From positions 1,356 through 65,355 of the forward strand of contig JAGVQB010000045.1 of assembly GCA_020051955.1 (NCBI GenBank): a stretch of 64,000 nucleotides of DNA, written 5' to 3'. This document shows positions 59,196-64,000 of the stretch, one piece after another (the first letter of the stretch is position 1; each line of letters starts with the position of its first letter). The translations under genes and the position numbers were made by a program. The notes under the pieces were generated by a model that was given only the letters and a program-made list of their open reading frames with translations, was not told where the DNA came from and did no database searches. The DNA comes from a bacterium (lineage in GTDB: Bacteria; Patescibacteriota; Patescibacteriia; UBA9934; GWF2-40-263).

Positions 59196-59325
59196 AAGTG
59201 TTTTCCGTTAGGCATGTCCCCCAAAGCCTTTGCTAAGGAGGAGGGCCCAAACGGTGCTAAGAATAAGATAATGGTGGGAGTGTAGTAGAATCGGCTGGTT
59301 GCGTCAATAAATAGGGGGAGGGAAT

Positions 59326-59472
59326 CAAGGTGGTCAAGGCTGTCGAGGTTATCAAGGTTGGGAGGGTGTTAATAGTATTCCCCCTCCTTTTCAAGGAGGG
59401 GTCAGGGGTGGTTATCCCGCACTATCTGTAAAATCTGTAAATCTGTAAGAATCTGTAATCTGTAGATAGGTA
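59326..59472. repeat. Composite repeat region: 9-mer array, GC palindrome, ATCTGTA array
   Basis: (TCAAGGTGG)x4; CCCCTCCTTTTCAAGGAGGGGTCAGGGGTGG; (ATCTGTAA)x5. Confidence 0.85.
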
Positions 59473-59544
59473 GTCTCTATGTTCAACGCGCCTCGGCTAG
59501 TCTAAAATAGACGCATAAGAATTATCTCCAGGATCCCTACTAAT

Positions 59545-60225
59545 ATGTCTCACCCACACAAATCAATGCTGGACGAGTTTCAGTACGCGATAAATCATTT
59601 TGCCCCCACGCTCCCGCCGGAGGTAAAGACCGAGGCGCAGGTTATCCACGATAAGCTTGAAGCCGATGAAACCGTTGATGAGGGCGCGCTCAAGAAGGCG
59701 TTTTATTCGATTGGTCGCAAGGAGTATCCACACAGGCACGCCTATGAAGAACTTACTCACACCGGTGCCGAGGCACTAATGAAACAGATGGTGATTGATC
59801 ACGTTGATGAGACAGTGCGCGGGTTTATCAAACCTCTTTTGAATGAGGGCGTGTCACTTGAAGAGCTTGTTGCGAGCGAAATTTTTGAGTCTAAGCTCGA
59901 TGCCAAACAACGCTATCAAGTTGAGGACGGAATTATGGTTGCCAAGAGCAAGCTCGCGGATAAATTAAAGGCTCACGTTGGCGCGCAGGCAACACAGTAT
60001 GAAGAGTTGGTTGGAAAGTGGACAGCGCAAGCGAATGAAATTGAAAAAGCAATAAACGATCTTGAAGTTTTCTCACAGGGCGGTGAAGAAAATCAACAGG
60101 CAGAAATTAAAAGCAAGGTCGCGCGTTTCCGCGAAGGGTTTTTGGTGACCGAGCCAGATCCAAGCCTTGAGGAGGTGAAGAAAGAGATCGAGTATTGGAG
60201 AGAAACGTTTGCGCAAGAGGAGTAG
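59545..60225 (+). CDS. Hypothetical helical protein
   Basis: Clean 226 aa ORF with native codon style. Confidence 0.8.
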   Translation: MSHPHKSMLDEFQYAINHFAPTLPPEVKTEAQVIHDKLEADETVDEGALKKAFYSIGRKEYPHRHAYEELTHTGAEALMKQMVIDHVDETVRGFIKPLLNEGVSLEELVASEIFESKLDAKQRYQVEDGIMVAKSKLADKLKAHVGAQATQYEELVGKWTAQANEIEKAINDLEVFSQGGEENQQAEIKSKVARFREGFLVTEPDPSLEEVKKEIEYWRETFAQEE

Positions 60226-60246
60226 CGATGGTACAATTTCGCCCGT

Positions 60247-60870
60247 ATGAATATCACTTGGCACGGGTTTTCTTGCTTTGAAATCGGGATAAAAACAGCG
60301 CAGGGCGACGTCAGAATCGTGACTGATCCCTATGACAACGCGACTGGTTTGCGCTTCCCTCGCACACTGGAGGCAGAAATTCTTTTGGTTAGCCATAACG
60401 AAGAAGACGCGAACAACACTTCAGCGGTTTTGGGACATCCTTATTTGATCAACCTCCCCGGCGAGTTTGAGGTGAAGGATGTTTTTGTTTTTGGAATCCC
60501 ACTCAACAAAGGTAACCTCGCGTTTTGTATTGAGGCAGAGGGGATGCGGCTCGCGCATCTTGGGGCGTTAGATCGTGCGCTCACTGACGAGGAGTTGCAG
60601 GCGCTGGAAAACATCGACGTGTTGATGTTGCCTGTGGGCGGTGGCCGTGTGCTTAGCGCGTCTACTGCCTCGGAAGTGATCGCGCAGGTGGAGCCCAGAA
60701 TCGTGATCCCAATGACACACGGTGTCGAAGGAGTAAAAGAGAAGTTGACCGGCGTGGATGATTTTTGCAAGGAGCTTGGTGCGTGCAAGCGGGAGGAGAT
60801 GAACAAGTTTAAGTTTACGAGCAAGGATCTGCCAGAGGAAGATATGAAGATCGTGAGTCTGACGCGATAA
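60247..60870 (+). CDS. MBL-fold hydrolase (Lactamase_B_3-like)
   Basis: ITWHGFSCF, DPY, LAHLGAL, IDVLMLPVGG, PRIVIPM; metal ligands degenerate. Confidence 0.85.
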   Translation: MNITWHGFSCFEIGIKTAQGDVRIVTDPYDNATGLRFPRTLEAEILLVSHNEEDANNTSAVLGHPYLINLPGEFEVKDVFVFGIPLNKGNLAFCIEAEGMRLAHLGALDRALTDEELQALENIDVLMLPVGGGRVLSASTASEVIAQVEPRIVIPMTHGVEGVKEKLTGVDDFCKELGACKREEMNKFKFTSKDLPEEDMKIVSLTR

Positions 60871-60871
60871 T

Positions 60872-61084
60872 ATGAAGCGTCCAGTGAATCTGCGACCAAT
60901 GGATCCAGCGCGACATCGTTGGTATTTAGTAGGAGTGACTTTAACGGTCGCGGTTGTGGCGGTCGCGTGGGTGTTCACGCTTTCGCAAACAATCTCGCCA
61001 GAGCTCGTTCGAATCCGTGATGGGTTCGTTTCCGTGATTGGAAAAGCGGCGGATGGTATAAAGCAAATAGAAGTTGATAAATAA
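60872..61084 (+). CDS. Small single-TM hypothetical protein
   Basis: Tightly packed between the MBL gene and gyrA. Confidence 0.65.
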   Translation: MKRPVNLRPMDPARHRWYLVGVTLTVAVVAVAWVFTLSQTISPELVRIRDGFVSVIGKAADGIKQIEVDK

Positions 61085-61087
61085 GTT

Positions 61088-63571
61088 ATGGCAAAGAAAA
61101 AACAATTTGTACCCCAGGATCCAAATGAAGAACGCGTTCTTGATCGCGGGATGATCTCTCAGAGTCTCGTGGAAGAGATGCAATCTTCGTATTTGGACTA
61201 CGCGATGTCAGTTATCGTCGGGCGCGCGCTTCCGGATGTGCGCGACGGTTTGAAGCCTGTGCATCGGCGTATTTTGTTTTCAATGTGGCAGACTGGTTTG
61301 CGCGCGAACGCGAAGTTCAAAAAGTGCGCGTCAGTTGTTGGAGACGTGCTTGGTAAATATCACCCTCACGGCGACTCCGCTGTGTATGAATCTCTCGTTC
61401 GCATGGCACAGGATTTTTCAATGCGCTATCCGCTTGTGCGCGGGCAGGGGAACTTCGGGTCATTGGATGGGGATGCCGCGGCCGCGTATCGTTACACAGA
61501 GGCAAAGCTCGAACAGATTTCAGAGGAGTTACTTGTTGATCTTGAAAAAGACACGGTGAACTTCATGCCAAACTTTGATGGGACGCACAAGGAGCCAAAG
61601 GTGCTTCCTGCTAAACTTCCAAACTTATTGATAAATGGCACCGTTGGTATCGCGGTGGGAATGGCGTCCAACATCCCTCCGCACAATTTGAATGAGGTGT
61701 GTCAGGCAATCCTGGCGCTCATTCGCGATCGCGACATCAGTGTTGAGGCGCTTTCAGACATTGTTCAGGGTCCTGATTTTCCAACAGGAGGCATTGTCTA
61801 CAACACGCACGATATAAAAACCGCGTTCGCAACTGGTAAGGGCGGAGTCGTAGTGCGAGCGAAGACAGAAATTGTTGAAGATAAAAACGGGAACTACGTA
61901 ATCATCGTGAACGAAATCCCTTATCAGGTGAACAAGGCAAGTTTACTTATGAAGATCGCGGAAAACGTTCGCGACAAAAAGATCGAAGGGATCAGGGATT
62001 TGCGCGACGAGTCAACGCAGGAGGGCGTGCGTATCGTCATCGAACTCAAGAAGGACGCGTTTGCCAAGAAGGTTTTGAATCGTTTGTATCAGACCACTCA
62101 GTTGCAGGAAACGATTCATTACAACATGTTGGCGCTTGTGGACGGGATCCAGCCGCGCGTTTTGAATCTTAAGAACATTTTGGAGGAGTACATCAAACAT
62201 CGTCGCGAGGTCGTGCGTCGCCGCACACAATTTGATCTTGATCGCGCGAAAGAGCGCGCGCATATTTTGGAAGGGTTGCGCATTGCCATTTTGAAGATCG
62301 ACGAGGTGATCAAGACGATTAAAAAATCTAAAGACAAGGACGAGGCGCGAGGAAATCTCATGGGCAAGTTTAAACTTTCTGAACGCCAAGCGCTCGCTAT
62401 TTTGGACATGCGTCTGCAACAACTGGCTAATCTTGAGACGTTGAGAGTGGAGACAGAGTACAAAGAAAAACTCGCTATCATTCAAGAGTTAGAAGCGATT
62501 TTGGGATCAGAAAAAAAGATGCTCGCGGTTATCGCGAATGAAGTGGAGGAGCTGGGCAGGAAGTATGGTGAAGGTCGTCGCACGCAGATTGTGAAGCATG
62601 GCGTGAAGGAGTTTTCCATTGAAGACGTAGTGCCAGACACATCAACCGTTGTTATGATTACCAAGGCTGGGTACATCAAACGTCTTCCTCCCGACACATT
62701 CAAGATACAAAAGCGCGGCGGAAAAGGTGTGGCTGGGCTTACGACAAAAGAAGAGGATGTGGTGGAGCAGGTGTTTACAACTACCACGCACAAAGATCTT
62801 ATGTTCTTCACGACGCGCGGGCGTGTGTTTAAGCTGAAGGCATATGACGTCCCAGAGGCATCGCGCACTGCCAAGGGTCAGGCCATCGTGAACTTCCTAC
62901 AGCTCGCGCCGGGCGAGACAGTGTCCTCATCTTTTTCAATGGAGGATATGGAAGGGAAGAAATATTTGCTGATGGTCACAGAGCGCGGGACAATGAAGAA
63001 GGTTGAGTTAGATCAGTTTGAGACTGTGCGTCGGTCAGGGCTCATCGCGATCAAGTTGAACGATAATGACAGCTTGCAATGGGTCTGGCCAACTGGTGGA
63101 AAGGACGATGTAATGCTTGTGAGCGCGGCTGGTCAGGCAATAAGATTTGGTGAAAAAGATATTCGTTCAATGGGGCGCACCGCGGCAGGCGTGCGCGGAA
63201 TGCGTCTCAAGGGCAATGATCGTATTGTTGGAATGGGTGTGGTTGGCGCGGGACAAGCAAAAGAGAAACAGTTATTGGTAGTGATGAAGAATGGTTATGG
63301 AAAGCGAAGCGAAGTCGCGGAGTATAAAGTCCAACACCGCGGAGGTTCAGGAGTGAAGACCGCGAACATCACAAAGAAGACAGGGGAGATAATTAGCGCG
63401 TACATTGTAAGTGAAAAGGACGAGCTCGACTTATTTGTGATGACAGCGGCTGGGCAGGCTCTGCGCGCGACTCTCACTTCTGTTTCAGTGCTTGGTCGCG
63501 CGACACAGGGTGTGCGCGTAATGCGCTTCAAAAAGGAGGATGACACAGTCGCCAGCATCGCCCTCATCTAG
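61088..63571 (+). CDS. gyrA: DNA gyrase subunit A
   Basis: [30 protein letters not shown], GyrA-box QKRGGKG. Confidence 0.98.
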   Translation: MAKKKQFVPQDPNEERVLDRGMISQSLVEEMQSSYLDYAMSVIVGRALPDVRDGLKPVHRRILFSMWQTGLRANAKFKKCASVVGDVLGKYHPHGDSAVYESLVRMAQDFSMRYPLVRGQGNFGSLDGDAAAAYRYTEAKLEQISEELLVDLEKDTVNFMPNFDGTHKEPKVLPAKLPNLLINGTVGIAVGMASNIPPHNLNEVCQAILALIRDRDISVEALSDIVQGPDFPTGGIVYNTHDIKTAFATGKGGVVVRAKTEIVEDKNGNYVIIVNEIPYQVNKASLLMKIAENVRDKKIEGIRDLRDESTQEGVRIVIELKKDAFAKKVLNRLYQTTQLQETIHYNMLALVDGIQPRVLNLKNILEEYIKHRREVVRRRTQFDLDRAKERAHILEGLRIAILKIDEVIKTIKKSKDKDEARGNLMGKFKLSERQALAILDMRLQQLANLETLRVETEYKEKLAIIQELEAILGSEKKMLAVIANEVEELGRKYGEGRRTQIVKHGVKEFSIEDVVPDTSTVVMITKAGYIKRLPPDTFKIQKRGGKGVAGLTTKEEDVVEQVFTTTTHKDLMFFTTRGRVFKLKAYDVPEASRTAKGQAIVNFLQLAPGETVSSSFSMEDMEGKKYLLMVTERGTMKKVELDQFETVRRSGLIAIKLNDNDSLQWVWPTGGKDDVMLVSAAGQAIRFGEKDIRSMGRTAAGVRGMRLKGNDRIVGMGVVGAGQAKEKQLLVVMKNGYGKRSEVAEYKVQHRGGSGVKTANITKKTGEIISAYIVSEKDELDLFVMTAAGQALRATLTSVSVLGRATQGVRVMRFKKEDDTVASIALI

Positions 63572-63611
63572 CGTTGACAGTGCCAATTGTCCCTGCTAAC
63601 CTTCCGTCGTT

Positions 63612-63679
63612 CACCTCCCCACCTTCCCACCTCCCACACCTAATCACCTCCCCACCTAACCACCTCACCACCTAACCAC
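63612..63679. repeat. CACCTCCC/CACCTAAC 8-mer array in the rpmF leader
   Basis: ~8 degenerate units directly before the ATG. Confidence 0.85.
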
Positions 63680-63680
63680 T

Positions 63681-63950
63681 ATGCCAGTCCCAGCACATCG
63701 ACGTTCACGTTCTCGCGTTCGCAGTCGTCGCTCTCACGACGCGATGAAGCCAGTGAACCCAAGCGTCTGTTCTTCTTGTCATTCGCCAATAATGCCTCAC
63801 CGCGCTTGTTCTGATTGTGGCCTCTACAATGGCCGTAAGGTTTTGGATAATTCACGCAAAGCCGCGCGCCTTTTGCGCAAAGGATCCGCTGTCGCGCCAA
63901 AACACGATCACAAGGCAGAGTCTTCGGACAGTTCCGTTACTGCTCACTAA
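63681..63950 (+). CDS. rpmF: 50S ribosomal protein L32
   Basis: MPVPAHRRSRSRVRSRRSH, CSSC...PHRACSDCGLY. Confidence 0.95.
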   Translation: MPVPAHRRSRSRVRSRRSHDAMKPVNPSVCSSCHSPIMPHRACSDCGLYNGRKVLDNSRKAARLLRKGSAVAPKHDHKAESSDSSVTAH

Positions 63951-64000
63951 TCCCTGTTCACTGCTCCCTGTCGCCTGCCCCTCGTTCGTTCTTTTATGCC

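Overview
This 64 kb window is chromosomal DNA from a small-genome bacterium, very likely Patescibacteria/CPR (ABY1/Uhrbacteria-like). That placement is inferred from gene content, an unlinked 16S gene carrying an insertion, and native genes that mostly lack Shine-Dalgarno sites. The housekeeping backbone is rpoB (partial), rpoC, ruvC, khpA, trmD, rlmN, rpsP, smc, DHH phosphoesterase, clpP, arfB, typA, tsaD, tsaE, pilB, ftsH, rpsA, gyrA and rpmF. It also holds five tRNAs and one 16S rRNA whose helix 6 carries a four-helix-bundle gene. Accessory content: AbiE and RelBE-type toxin-antitoxin pairs, a glycosylation locus with an AftA-like GT-C, and several singly inserted GC3-rich genes that bring their own promoters. 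Five observations stand out. (1) A candidate ~830-870 nt structured ncRNA (29030-29902) with a long-range closing stem, nested domains, GNRA/UNCG hairpins and three predicted pseudoknots, lying after a secreted protein and a 41-aa membrane peptide. (2) A second promoter- and terminator-bounded rod-like RNA at 34.6 kb. (3) Pervasive 7-9 bp tandem repeats and palindromes, both intergenic and as in-frame insertions in smc, trmD, rlmN and tsaD, with the same architecture as the arms of the 16S insertion. (4) Interrupted or inverted 5'-half tRNA copies upstream of tRNA-Pro and tRNA-Ile. (5) Accessory cassettes bracketed by repeated palindromic sites. All family calls and RNA folds were made by eye and need HMM, covariance-model and folding confirmation.
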